This document shows positions 53,186-64,000 of a stretch of 64,000 bases of DNA, piece by piece. A model generated the notes under the pieces. It made no database searches. It was not told where the DNA came from and saw only the letters and a list, made by a program, of their open reading frames with translations. Positions within the stretch are counted from its first letter, which is position 1. Each line of letters opens with the position of its first letter. The stretch covers positions 105,276,001-105,340,000 of the forward strand of contig OX597819.1 of NCBI GenBank assembly GCA_951406725.2, read 5' to 3'. The stretch is from Octopus vulgaris (taxonomy: Eukaryota). Position numbers and translations under genes: made by a program.

Positions 53186-53629
53186 TCTCTCTCCCTCTCT
53201 CTCTCTCTCACACACATGTATACATACACACATACATACATAAATGACAAACTGAATAAACTAGGATTTTCAGTGGAATAGTAAAACTATGAAAGACTTT
53301 TCCCAAATTCAAAATATAACATTGTTTTTGTTATCTACATTTCCCCGAGGGAGCTTTGTATCTTTGTTAGAAATCAGCTCCTTCAGAGGAAGAATTTAAA
53401 TAATTTAAAATAGAAGAGGACATACATACATAAATACGGCTCTCTCTTACACATTCCCTTTCTTCCTTTCACGCGCTCACACACACACACACACACACAC
53501 ATACGCGCGCGCAAGAATATCAATGCTAATACGCTTAATATGACCAACTTACATTAAAGGGAGGTAAACACTGACCCGCTACTTAAATCTACACAACACA
53601 GCCAAGGGCGATAATTTCCAATCCTCGTC

Positions 53630-53681
<52 letters not shown>

Positions 53682-53967
53682 ATCTTATAATTAAGGGCTA
53701 AAGAAGGTTATTCTAAAGCCAATACACTGATTTATCCACTTATAATTCACTTGTTACAGGAAAATTCATATATATATGAATTACTACACTTCTAAATCTA
53801 TGAGAGAGAGTTTTGCAACTTAATGTGGCAGTCCCAGGAAAGGGAAGAACGTTACTGTTATTTAGCCCCAAGAAACACCGTTTCTAGTTGGCTACGTGAC
53901 ACAAGCGTTCTGTGTTCTTAGGTTTTCGAACAGGGGAGATCAGCACCTGTATATATATATATATATA

Positions 53968-54390
53968 TAAGAAAGTTGGTTTGTGAAAGCACGTGGTTGA
54001 ATATATAGAAAATGGTAAAAAGTGAAAAAACTACAGAAGGTTTAAAGGTTAAAAAATATATATATTTGCGTCAATATGTCTGAAGAATATTAAAAATTTT
54101 TTTTTCTTACAATGACATAATTTAGAAGAAAGACCGGTTTCGCGTTTAGCTTTTCAAATTTCTTGCGACGTTATGTTTATCTTGAACAGAGTTATCTTTA
54201 TGTTTATGTTTAAAAGAGTTCTAAATAAGGGGAGGTAATGAGTGATTTCTTCCGGTGTAAGGGAGATAATCGCTTAAAATTTTATGTCATTGTAAGAAAA
54301 TTTTTTTTTAATATTCTTCAGACATATTGACGCAAATATATATATATTTTAACCTTTAAGCCTTCTGTAGTTTTTTCACCTTTTACCATT

Positions 54391-54400
<10 letters not shown>
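53968..54400 (-). mobile_element. Short PLE-type insert with inverted terminal segment, between (TA)n tracts
   Basis: Inverted arms 54001-54120 and 54282-54400, an unpaired tail at about 53968-54000, and a hammerhead fold in the spacer. Confidence 0.7.
54126..54164 (-). ncRNA. Minimal type I hammerhead ribozyme candidate, U3:A8 core variant
   Basis: AAGAAA-U-UUGAAAA-GC UAAAC GC-GAAA-CCGG-UC-UUUCUU. Stem I is 6 bp with one bulged U, and stem III is the palindrome ACCGGU. Confidence 0.6.
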
Positions 54401-54475
<75 letters not shown>

Positions 54476-54479
54476 CATA

Positions 54480-55698
54480 CATGGGTCGGACAAAAAAATG
54501 GCAACACAGCATCATAGCATCATAATTTTGAAATGTCTATAAAACCGTCAAAATCTCGTTTATTTTTATGTTTTTTTATTTATTATTAGTGTTGCTTAAT
54601 ATGTTTTGCTAAAATTGCTGTTTCTTTTCAGATATCATCTGAAAAAAGTCATTAAAATTCATTAAAATGACAGATCTATCGGACTTTCAAAGAGGTCAAA
54701 TTGTTGGTGCTCGTGTGGCAGGGGCTAGCGTAACGAAAACAGCTGAAATGTTTGGTGCATCAAGAAGTACTGTCTCGAAAGTAATGACAGCCTTTGAGAA
54801 AGAGGGAAAAACCTCCTCGTCGAAACAAAACTCCGGTAGAAAACCAAAACGCAATTAGGGAATTGTTAGAAAGGATCACAAAAGTACAGTTCCCAACATT
54901 ACTGCAGAGCTTAATGTTCACCTCGAGAACCCAGTTTCCACCAAAAACTGTCCACCGGGAGCTGCACAAAGCCGGATTTCAAGGGAGGGCTACAATAAGA
55001 AAACCACTACTTTCAAAAACAAACGTTGCAAAGCGTTTCGAGTGGAGTAAAAACCTACAGAATTGGTCCCTAGAGCAGTGGAAGAATGTTATTTTCTCGG
55101 ATGAGTCATCTTTTACCTTATTTCCGACCACCGGCCAAGTATATAGCCAAAAGAAGCATTTGACGCAGACTTCCTTCTTCCAACTTTTAAACATGGAGGA
55201 GGATCTGCGGTGATCTGGGGGGTTATTTCTTGGAAATCCGCCGGCCCAATAGTTTCCGTTCATGGCAGAATTAATAGTCAAGACTAAGCATTTTATCTGA
55301 TCAAATTCATCCTATTGTTGCAGAACTGTTTCTGGAGGGAAACGCAATCTTTCAGGATGATAATGTACCAATTCACACAGCTAAAGTTGTTACTGAATGC
55401 TACGAGGAACATTCTAGTAAAGTCTTATCTAGCCACCTCAGTCCCCAGATCTCAATATTATTGAACATTTATGGTGCATTTAGAAAAACAAGTAAGGAGT
55501 TGATATCCCCCACCATCAACAATACAAGAACTGGAGACTGTTTTAGCTGAAGAATGGACAAAAATTCCTTTGGAAACAATTCAAACTTTGTCCATATCTC
55601 GTAGAATTCAAGCTGTAATTACTGCCAAAGGTGGTTCTACTCCATATTAAAATAAATTTGTTTGAAATTTTAAAGTGTTTCTATTACTTTGTCCAATC
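54480..55698 (+). mobile_element. Near full-length Tc1 transposon with a frameshifted transposase
   Basis: TIRs GGTCGGACAAAAAAATGGCAACAC / GTGTTTCTATTACTTTGTCCAA. Translates to MTDLSDFQRGQIVGARVAGASVTKTA..GRKPK, WKNVIFSDESSF, IFQDDN..IH, PPQSPDLNIIEHLW. Sits at the end of a (TA)n tract. Confidence 0.93.
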
Positions 55699-56086
55699 AG
55701 ACAAAATTAAAAAACCAAAATCAGGTTGTTTAACTCGAACATATTGGAGATTGGCATTCAATAAATAAAGGGTGGAGGAAATTAGATATAGGGACAACGT
55801 CATATACAACGGGCTTCCGCATAGTCTCCATTTACTAAACTTTACTCACCAGGTGTTTGTAAAGTTGGCGTCTTTTTCTTTGTGATTTTAGGAAGGTTTA
55901 GCAGAACTAATCTATGACCAATCAAAAGCAGTAACTAACTTTAAAAACGGGTTACTGTGGCAGTCCGTGCGCGATTGTTCCACTTGAGAAAATTATCATC
56001 ATCATCATCATTGACATTATGTCAATTGACATTATGTCAATTGACTCTAGCTACTGACATTTTCCATATGGAAACTCCTACTTTTC

Positions 56087-56182
<96 letters not shown>

Positions 56183-56332
56183 GTTGGTCACTCCCGTCAG
56201 TTTCGACGTACGAGTGTTTGAAGTAGAGGACTTACGTAAAACAGTGTCCATGATGTTGGAGACTGTATTATATATGTAAGTATGTACATATATATGTGCG
56301 TTTGTGTGTGCGTACGTACACATGTAAGTATG

Positions 56333-56553
56333 TAATTTCAATACGGAGCAAATAATTCAAGAGAAAATATTTGTGAAGATATTGACTTTATTATTATCTA
56401 ATCCTTGAACTATTTAATGCTTTTTGGGGCCTGCAATCGCCTATTTTATTGATTCTGTTATTATGATTTCTAATTGTTACACTAGATAATAATAGAGTCA
56501 ATGATATCTTCGCAAATATTTTCTCCTGAATTATTTGCTCTGTATTGAAATTA
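56333..56553. repeat. Inverted repeat with about 70-bp arms
   Basis: TAATTTCAATACGGAGCAAATAATTCAAGAGAAAATATTTG..ATTATTATCTA mirrored at 56483-56553. Confidence 0.8.
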
Positions 56554-57139
56554 TTTTCACTCTGGTGGCTGCCATGATTCGGCACAAAACGAATGAGTTG
56601 CAGCGCAGACTTCAACGTGACGGGTTGGGGCTCTCCACCATGGTAACGTGTGCTGAGGAAGGTGAGGCTATAATGCCACTCCAGAAAGCGGTCTACGTGA
56701 GTGCAAATACTTGAATGTATGCTGAGAGATTGTCTTAGCCCGTTTGCATTCAGACGGCTGATTTCTGTAGTTATTATCAGTGTATTTTGGAGATTTAAAT
56801 AAGAGTTTTGTCTGTTATTTCCAGCAGGCAGACATACTTAGTATGTCCTTTGATTAATTTTAATTCTTCAGCTATGTAAGTATGTACATATGCTATCCAA
56901 TATCCTTTCATACGTTAGAAAAACAGGCACTTGTATATTAGGTAACAGAGTGGGTATATTATATATAAATATTGTAAGTTTAGTCTCACAGCAGCCAGTT
57001 CATGTTATCGAACGTTTTCATGTTAAAAAACACTTGCTGCGTTGAAAGAATTTAACAGTCTTTTGTCATGGCTGATCGAAAGTGTATAGTTTGAGCTCTA
57101 ATGTACTAGACGTCTGAAAGTAGGTAGGAAATTTCTCTC

Positions 57140-57750
57140 AACTCATTTTGTCCTACATAGTGAAGATGCCCTGGTATTAACGGCGCCACCTCCAACAAGC
57201 TCAGGAAGCATCTAATCCATATCCGTAACTCCCGCAGGCTCAAAATTACTAGAGACACAAACTCGAAAATAGTTAATGTCCTAGATGTAACTGTGAACCT
57301 AAACACAAATTCTTGAAATCCTTCCAGAAACCAAACGAGAAGCAGGCACAGCTTCCAGCCATTTCAGAAACCTAGTGAGGGGGTGTTTGCAGCAGGATCT
57401 CCAACTTATTTCCAAATAAGGGGATCTTCTACGTGGTGGCCCCATACTATAACGAGGCCCTTAGCGGCCAGTGGATTCAAAGATGGAATTAATTATATGT
57501 CCTATCCTAGCCTTTAATGTGACAACTTGTGTAGGTAGGATTATCCTTAAATTAGTAGAATAGCATTTTCCGCAGACACATAACTACAGGAAAATATTCA
57601 ATATGCAAACCTTGGTAGTTTCATATATTTGTAAATCTAAAAGAAAGTAAATTTCAGTAAATAGGCAAAAACCAGAGATAGGATGCTCTTTCAGAAGTAA
57701 CGCCACATGCTCGCTAAATGGTCAATGCAATACGGAGACATTTGTATTTT
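57140..57750 (+). mobile_element. Old Penelope-like element remnant (RT thumb to linker)
   Basis: Translates to LKITRDTNSKIVNVLDVTVNLNT..RISNL..IFYVVAPYYNEAL..CSLNGQC, heavily interrupted. A different family from 62202-63657. Confidence 0.65.
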
Positions 57751-57925
57751 TTTTTCTAGGGAGAGTAACATTAAGAAAGACGCATGTAATTGATTTCTTC
57801 GCTTAAGCTACATTTTATAAGAACTGAAACTTACGTAAAAACGTAAAAAGTTCTAATTTATATTCTACACACTTGTATTAAACATCATTTTCTTCATTTG
57901 TCACAGTAGCAGACACACACACACA

Positions 57926-58005
<80 letters not shown>

Positions 58006-58013
<8 letters not shown>

Positions 58014-59259
58014 TATCCAAAAGAAACCGGAATTTTGCAATATTATCTTAGTCACTTAGTTTTACATGTTTACACTTTTATCGCCTTCAAAGTATTTTCC
58101 ATTTGAAGCAATGCATCGGCCCAGGCGCGTTTTCCACTGTTCGAAGCAGTGCTGAGACTCTTGCGAAATGATGTCTTTTAACGCCTCCGTCGGTTTTTTC
58201 TTCACTTCTTCCACATCTGTAAAACGTTTTCTTTTAAGGACAGTTTTCATACGGAGGAACAAAAAATGTCACAGGGAGCAAGATCGAGCACATAGGGAAG
58301 GTGTGTAAGCGGAGTCGTGCCATTTTTAGTCAAAAACTGTCTCACACTCAAGGCGGTGTGCGCAGGTGCATTGTCGTGATGAAACTATCTCTCTCCACTT
58401 TGCCACCGAGTCTCGCAAATGCTTTAGAAATGCCAAATAAAAATGTCTGGTTAACAGTTTGACTAGAAGGAACAAATTCTGTGTGGACAATTCCTTTCGC
58501 ATCGATTAAACAGACTAGCATCGTCTTGACACTGGACTTCACCTGACGCGCTTTTTTGGAGCGTGATGACATTAAATGCTTCCATTGATTTGATTGCTGC
58601 TTCGTTCCTTGGTCGTAGCACCACCTTTCGTCACCAACTTCCAACTGTTCTTTCAGTTCACGACACGCATTCAGTTGTGACTGCTTTTGATCTTCCTTGA
58701 GCAAGCGAGGCATAAATTTTGTTGCAACTCTTTTCATTCGCAATTACTCGCTCAAAATTCGACTGAAGGAGCCCCAGAACACACCAGTCATATCAACAAG
58801 TTCGTCAATTGTTCGGCGACGGTCCTCCAAGATCAGCTCACGAATTTTCGTGATGTTTTCATTCGTTCGGGAGGTCGGCGGTGGCTCTGAATGAGGTTGG
58901 TCTTCAAGCGACAAGTGATCATTCCTAAAGTGTGAAAAACCACTCGGTAAACTTGTGTTTTGCTCATGGCAGCATTCTTGTAATCTGTTTGAAACATGGC
59001 AACTGTTTCAGTTACCCTGTTACCCAGCAGAAAACAGAATTTCACGGAAGCACGCTGTTCCTTCGTTTCAGCCATCGCAAAAATCAACGAACTGGGTAGA
59101 AGCACTGCACCATGTGACAGTACAACCCCATAGGAAAACGTCAGTCGGCAGACTGATGACTGAGGGTTGCATCAAGGGACTTCTAGCGGCGGAAGTCCGA
59201 ACTACAACGGGCTTATCCTACAGAGAACGTTTCCGGTTACTTTTGGGTATCCCCCCTCA
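58006..59259 (-). mobile_element. Full-length decayed mariner (DD34D) transposon
   Basis: TIRs CGAGGGGGTATCCAAAAGAAACCGGAA / TTCCGGTTACTTTTGGGTATCCCCCCTC, about 1.25 kb. Translates to MAETKEQRASVKFCFLLG, GDERWC, HHDNAPAH, DLAPCD, GRCIASNGKYFEGD. Both flanks are (CA)n. Confidence 0.93.
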
Positions 59260-59948
59260 CACACACACATACACACACACACACAAACGCACACACACAC
59301 ATGTATACATATATATGAAGTGGCTGACTGGAACAGCTTGCCAGCTTGCCCGATGGCAAATGGGACCCTGCACCATTAGAATCCATTTATGGGGGCCCAT
59401 GTTAGAATCTAAGGGGCCCATCCCCTCAAGAGAATTTTCTATTCACTCCTGGAAAAATGCATTAATTATTTCAGCCAGGCAGTTGAAAAGAATACTTTTA
59501 ACAAAAAGCAAAAAAAAAATGAAATGATAACATTGTAGTTGCGGGTGGGCCACCTTTGTCTCCTAGCAACCAATATTTTTACACCCAGCCCGCTGCTATA
59601 TATGTGTATACATGCATATATATGTTGTGTTTGTGTGTGCGTGTGTATGAGTGCAAGTATGTATGTGTGTTTGTGTGTTTGTATATGATTTTGTTTCTTA
59701 TCACCGATTGACAACCGGTGCTGGTTTGTTTACGTTCCCGTAATTTAGCGGTTTAGCAAAAGAGACCGATGGACTAAGTACCCAGCTCAAAAAAAGTAAG
59801 TACTGGAGTCGTATTTGCTCGACTGAACCCTTGAAGCTGGTGTCCCAGTCCAATGACTGAAACAAGCAGAAGATAAAAGAGAGAAGATGATGAAACTCGT
59901 AAATTCAGTGGATAGATTTTTATAGTGCTTAAACGTAAATTCAATATA

Positions 59949-60063
<115 letters not shown>

Positions 60064-60371
60064 GAGAGGGAGAGAGAGAGAAGGAAAGAAAAAGAGAGAA
60101 GAGCGAGATATCTAGATATGGTATTTACCTAAAATCTTGTAAATTCTTCGGACAAGATTATTACTGTATTGTATAACTTGATGGTTTGAGTGTAATGGTA
60201 GGATTTTGTGCAGTGAAGTTTTGTACCGCTTACCCAATCGTGGGTAGTTTCCTTTACCTGGATGTCCTGAATAATACAGCGGATTACCATTGTGGAATAG
60301 CAGCAGTAGCAGCAACGTGGTAATGAAGCAGACGCGAAAATGTTCTGGAAGAGAAACAGAAATTTTTAATG

Positions 60372-60414
<43 letters not shown>

Positions 60415-60458
60415 GAATGAAAGAAGGTTTGAAAATGCAATTTTAAAAATGTTTATTC

Positions 60459-60503
60459 ACTTGACCGGCTTCCCTTTTTTTTAGAAAAAAGCTTGTCAAA
60501 AGT
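60459..60503 (-). ncRNA. Hammerhead-like fold, U3:A8 core, partly decayed
   Basis: ACUU-UUGACAA-GCUUUUUUCUAAAAAAAAGG-GAAG-CCGG-UC-AAGU. Stem I is 4 bp and GAAA has changed to GAAG. Lies in a 270-bp insert between (TA)n tracts. Confidence 0.45.
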
Positions 60504-60677
60504 AAAATGTAAAGCTTTGTTGTGTTAAGTACTGGTTGTCGCAAAAGTATCAAAATACATATATACATTCATTGATAATAATAAGAAAATGTTAAAAACA
60601 GTTTACAAGAAAGTATTTAAGAAAGTAATCAGAATAAAAAGCATTTTGAGTTCAATAAAAATCATGTTTGTTTGGTA

Positions 60678-60749
<72 letters not shown>

Positions 60750-60760
60750 ATATATAAGGA

Positions 60761-61163
60761 TTCTACAGGACTAGTACTGTTTCATTCAAGAGAAATCTTC
60801 AGGAAGCTATTTAACAAGAATTGTATTAGCATTTATACATTTAGAGGAGTGGTGGTGGGGGACTTTTTGGGGGTAGGCATAGCGCAAAATATCATACTTG
60901 GGGGAGTGGTCAAGGTAATAAAAAAATATTACCTTGACCACTCCCCAAGTATGATATTTTGCGCTATGCTACCCAAAAGTCCCCACCACCACTCTCTAAA
61001 TGTATAAATGCTAATACAATTCTTGTTAAATAGCTTCCTGAAGATTTCTCTTGAATGAAACAGTACTAGTCCTGTAGAAGCTCCTTCTATATAATAAATT
61101 AATTTTACTCTGCTATGTATTGAGTACCTTACTTACTGTGGTTAACCCCGAATCAACCCGGGA

Positions 61164-61168
<5 letters not shown>
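60761..61168 (+). mobile_element. Palindromic PLE-type mini-element between (TA)n tracts
   Basis: Near-perfect arms 60761-60920 and 60927-61079 with a 6-nt A loop, an unpaired 3' tail at 61080-61168, and (TA)n on both sides. Confidence 0.8.
61032..61082 (+). ncRNA. Type I hammerhead ribozyme with canonical core
   Basis: AGCUUC-CUGAAGA-U UUC UCUU GAA U-GAAA-CAG UACUAGUC CUG-UA-GAAGCU. Perfect 6-bp stem I, stems II and III, predicted cleavage after GUA at 61076. A mirror copy on the minus strand at about 60761-60808 has a shortened stem I. Confidence 0.8.
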
Positions 61169-61204
<36 letters not shown>

Positions 61205-61438
61205 GGAGATATATTTAAGAATTTACAAAAAACTGCAGAGGAATAACTGACCTGTCTTTCTGACATTTCTTCTTGTGTGTAGCTAAGGAATGTTTGCTAT
61301 TTTAAGGGACAGTGTGGGTAGTTGGTTGGGTGGGGTGGGGGGAAGGAGGAAGAGCAATGTAGAATCAAGAGGATTTTTTTGTTTCTGGGCTAATCTGTAA
61401 TAGTTCAGTGGCTTTTGGGACTGGTCTTAGAGGTAAGA

Positions 61439-61500
<62 letters not shown>

Positions 61501-61662
61501 GTGTGTGTGATTGTGTATAGAAGAATATATTAATAAAAAGAATTCCAACCTTGTCTGATTTTCACGTTTTATTTACAATCTTATAATGATATATTATAAG
61601 ATAATATATTATAATTGAATAAAATAAAATGAAATAGTAGAATGTTAAATATTCATTCTGAT

Positions 61663-61707
61663 TGAACTAGTACTTTCATGCATTGAATTCTGCAATCTTC
61701 GGGTTCA
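61663..61707 (-). ncRNA. Minimal type I hammerhead in the PLE 3' region, CCGAAGA core variant
   Basis: UGAAC-CCGAAGA-U UGCA GAAUUCAA UGCA U-GAAA-GUAC-UA-GUUCA. Perfect 5-bp stem I, palindromic AGUACU stem III, same strand as the PLE ORF. Confidence 0.7.
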
Positions 61708-62201
61708 TGTAGTAGTGTTGACAGTCATGCTTCACAATTTTTGACTGTAGCAAGATGAGTGATTCTGTGCTATAAATACAGCTGGGTAGGCTCCAGAGTG
61801 CTAGGTTTTGCAAACTGTATTCTGACCAATCAGTGTGTAGTATCACTCAATTACTTAAGCTGATTGGTTGGTTGAGCTGATTGGTTTAGGCATCACGCTT
61901 TGTTGGACAGGTCAAGAGTCCTGTATCTTGACCCTGGCCGAAACAGCAATTGTTGGGTTATTTTTAGAAATGTTGTAAATATCCTTTGTCAGAGATTTTT
62001 ATATTTTTATATTTCAATTGTCATCATCATCATTGTCAGCACCTTAATTATTGTTGCTAGTGGTGATGGTGGTGGCAATAGAACTTTTAACCCTAAATAA
62101 GATAATTTTCCTGCTATCTTCGTCTTGATCACCTTTAGTATTGTTGTTGTTGTTAGTGGTCATGGTCGTAGCAGTGGAAGTAATACCTCTAAGTATTATT
62201 A

Positions 62202-63657
62202 TTATTGCTTATTTAGCTTGGGTTCGAATTTATCAATAAAATTCTTTTCTCTGATTTTCCTCTCGATTTCACTTGGGCTGTGTAATTTGTAGAATGGAAA
62301 TATTATATATATTTTCCGACCACATGTTGCTAGGTGGTTACTCAAAGGTATCTGACGGACCTCTGGGTCTCTAATCTGTTGCCGGTGTACACGTGAGCGT
62401 TCTAATAGTGCGTTTCCCGTCTGACCTACATATATTTCTTCACAATTTGGGCATTTGATGCAGTAAATTAAATTTCTGCTTTTGCAGTTCATATTCGCGT
62501 TTGTGAATATTTTCCCGGTTTTTGTGTTTATATATTGACCGGTATGTATGAATTGGCATGTGCCACATCGGCTATCATTGCATTTAGATACCGTGAATGT
62601 TTGGTCTTTGTTGCTGAGGTCAAATTTTGCCTTTGTTAGTAATGTTTTCAAGTTTTTAGGCTGTCTTTTACTAAGCACCATAGCTCGATCCTTGATTATG
62701 TCTTTTAATTCATTACTTTGGGCAATGATTGGTAGGTTTGCTTTGGCAATGTTGAAGATATTCTGGTGACATGGGTTGTGTGTCACTATGAATGGTATGA
62801 CTTGTTCTTGTTTTCCTCTTCCTTGGGTTGTCCTAAGTTGTTGTATAGGTATTTTTATAGCCCGCTGTATGCCATTTTCTATAAGTAGAGATGGGTATTT
62901 TTGTTTGAGCAAAAATTCTCTTAGTTCTATTAGGCGTTTGTTCCTGATATTTGCATCTTCTACAATAGTACAAATTCTTCTGGCTAGGCAGTATGGGATG
63001 TTACGTTTTGTATGTGGTGGATGGCACGACTTAAAATTTAGGTATTGATGTGTGTGTGTGTGTTTATAGTATATATCTGTGGTGATGGTGGTGTCTTTTT
63101 TAATTACCATTATATCCAGGAATGGTAATTTGGTACTACTCATCTCCTTTGTAAATTTGAGAGATGGGTGTAGGTTGTTCAGGAGGATATTGAACTCTTC
63201 CAGAGTATTTAGAGATTCTGTCCAGATTATGAAACAGTCGTCTAGGTATCTCTTCCATGCCTTTTCAATATACTTTCTAAGTCCAGTGCCATAGTTTACC
63301 TCCACCTCTTGGTAGAGTTGTTCTTCTAAGTATCCCATTACAGAGTTGGCGTAAACGGGAGCAAACCTCGTTCCCATCGCCGTGCCTCTAATTTGGATGT
63401 AATTCTTTCCATTGAAGAAGAATGTGTTATTTTCTAGAATAAGTTTGACTGTGTCTAATATAAATGGCACTGTGAATCTGCTGGGAATCACTTCTCTATG
63501 TTTTTCTAACCAGTATTTAATCGCCTTTATTCCTAAATCGTGTGGAATATTGGTGTAGAGGCTTACCACATCAAAACTTAGTAAAACTGAATTTGTTTCT
63601 GTTGTTTTGGGAAGATGGGACAGGAAGTCGATGTCATCCCTGATGAAACTTGGCATA
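62202..63657 (-). CDS. PLE reverse transcriptase / GIY-YIG endonuclease (partial, uninterrupted)
   Basis: SFDVVSLYTNIP, QIRGTAMGTRFAPVYAN, WKRYLDDCF, LPFLDI, YLNFKSCHP, the Cys linker CNDSRCGTC, and NLIYCIKCPNCEEIYVGQT..R..H..R..RE..FI..LN. Confidence 0.95.
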
Positions 63658-64000
63658 TAAATGCGAAAAATATGCTGAAATACATTCGAAATGGATATCT
63701 TTAGCGGCACCCATACTTCCTCGGAAGTACCTAATTAAAGAAATTGCAGGAGAACCAGAGGAAGAAACTAAACTTCGATGGGACCTTAGTTTGATAAAAT
63801 TCAGGACCGACATCTCCATTACCCTGTCTAAACAATCCCGCTACAAAGCCAAATACGAAGCTATCGATGATCAAATCAGAGATGAAATATCCAAACTAAC
63901 GACCGGCAATATAGCAGAAAAAATGCGAGAACTATGGATCAGAGATATCTCAAAAGAAGAAAGCAGATCAAGAAAGTTTTGGCAGCGGAAACAATTATTT
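63647..64000 (+). CDS. Open frame running off the window end, probably an inverted upstream part of the PLE
   Basis: 118 stop-free codons, ..KCEKYAEIHSKWISLAAPILPRKYLIKEIAGEPEEETKLRWDLSLIKFRTDISITLSKQSRYKAKYEAIDDQIRDEISKLTTGNIAEKMRELWIRDISKEESRSRKFWQRKQLF, starting where RT homology stops on the other strand. Not in the ORF track. Confidence 0.55.

Larger units (their letters stand above)
61499..63657 (-). mobile_element. Penelope-like element, Neptune type, 5'-truncated or inverted, 3' end in a (TA)n tract
   Basis: RT plus GIY-YIG ORF, about 700 nt of 3' region containing a hammerhead, and a junction with (TG)/(TA)n at about 61500. Confidence 0.9.

Noticed and set aside
51450-53281. Long ORFs (176 aa, 211 aa and others) in the ORF track
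   Set aside because: They are read-through of (CTT)n, (TATC)n, (CT)n and (CA)n microsatellites and have no domain content. The same applies to the YIYI/CVCV ORFs elsewhere.
61200-61440. Hammerhead in this TA-flanked insert
   Set aside because: A GAAA..UC is present on the minus strand, but no CUGANGA-like core or stem I could be placed.
63658-63710. N-terminus of the 502-aa PLE ORF as a real start
   Set aside because: It lies beyond the apparent inversion junction and is antisense to the plus-strand open frame. The RT N-terminal motifs are missing.

Overview
AT-rich, intron-containing animal genomic DNA that is mostly repeats. The SINE families and the microsatellite load look like a cephalopod, probably Octopus; that assignment is from memory, not a search. 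There is one clear host gene: AP2S1 (AP-2 complex sigma subunit, 142 aa) on the minus strand, in four coding exons (38009-38011, 33873-34022, 27607-27780, 24574-24675), with NRF1 and ETS motifs just upstream. The rest is three tRNA-type SINE families, decayed non-LTR retrotransposons (RTE, CR1/jockey-like, R4/Dong-like, Tx1/L1, CRE), DNA transposons (pogo, two Tc1, mariner, hAT and piggyBac-like MITEs), a possible LTR, and a nearly intact Neptune-type Penelope-like element (PLE) at the right end. The most interesting signal is a set of short inserts next to (TA)n/(TG)n tracts, several of them palindromic. They carry minimal type I hammerhead ribozyme folds: one canonical, two with the compensatory U3:A8 core and two with a U4C core. 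Four of the six copies lie within about 2 kb of the PLE ORF; the others are near 39 kb and 54 kb. All structures were read by eye; none were folded computationally or searched.
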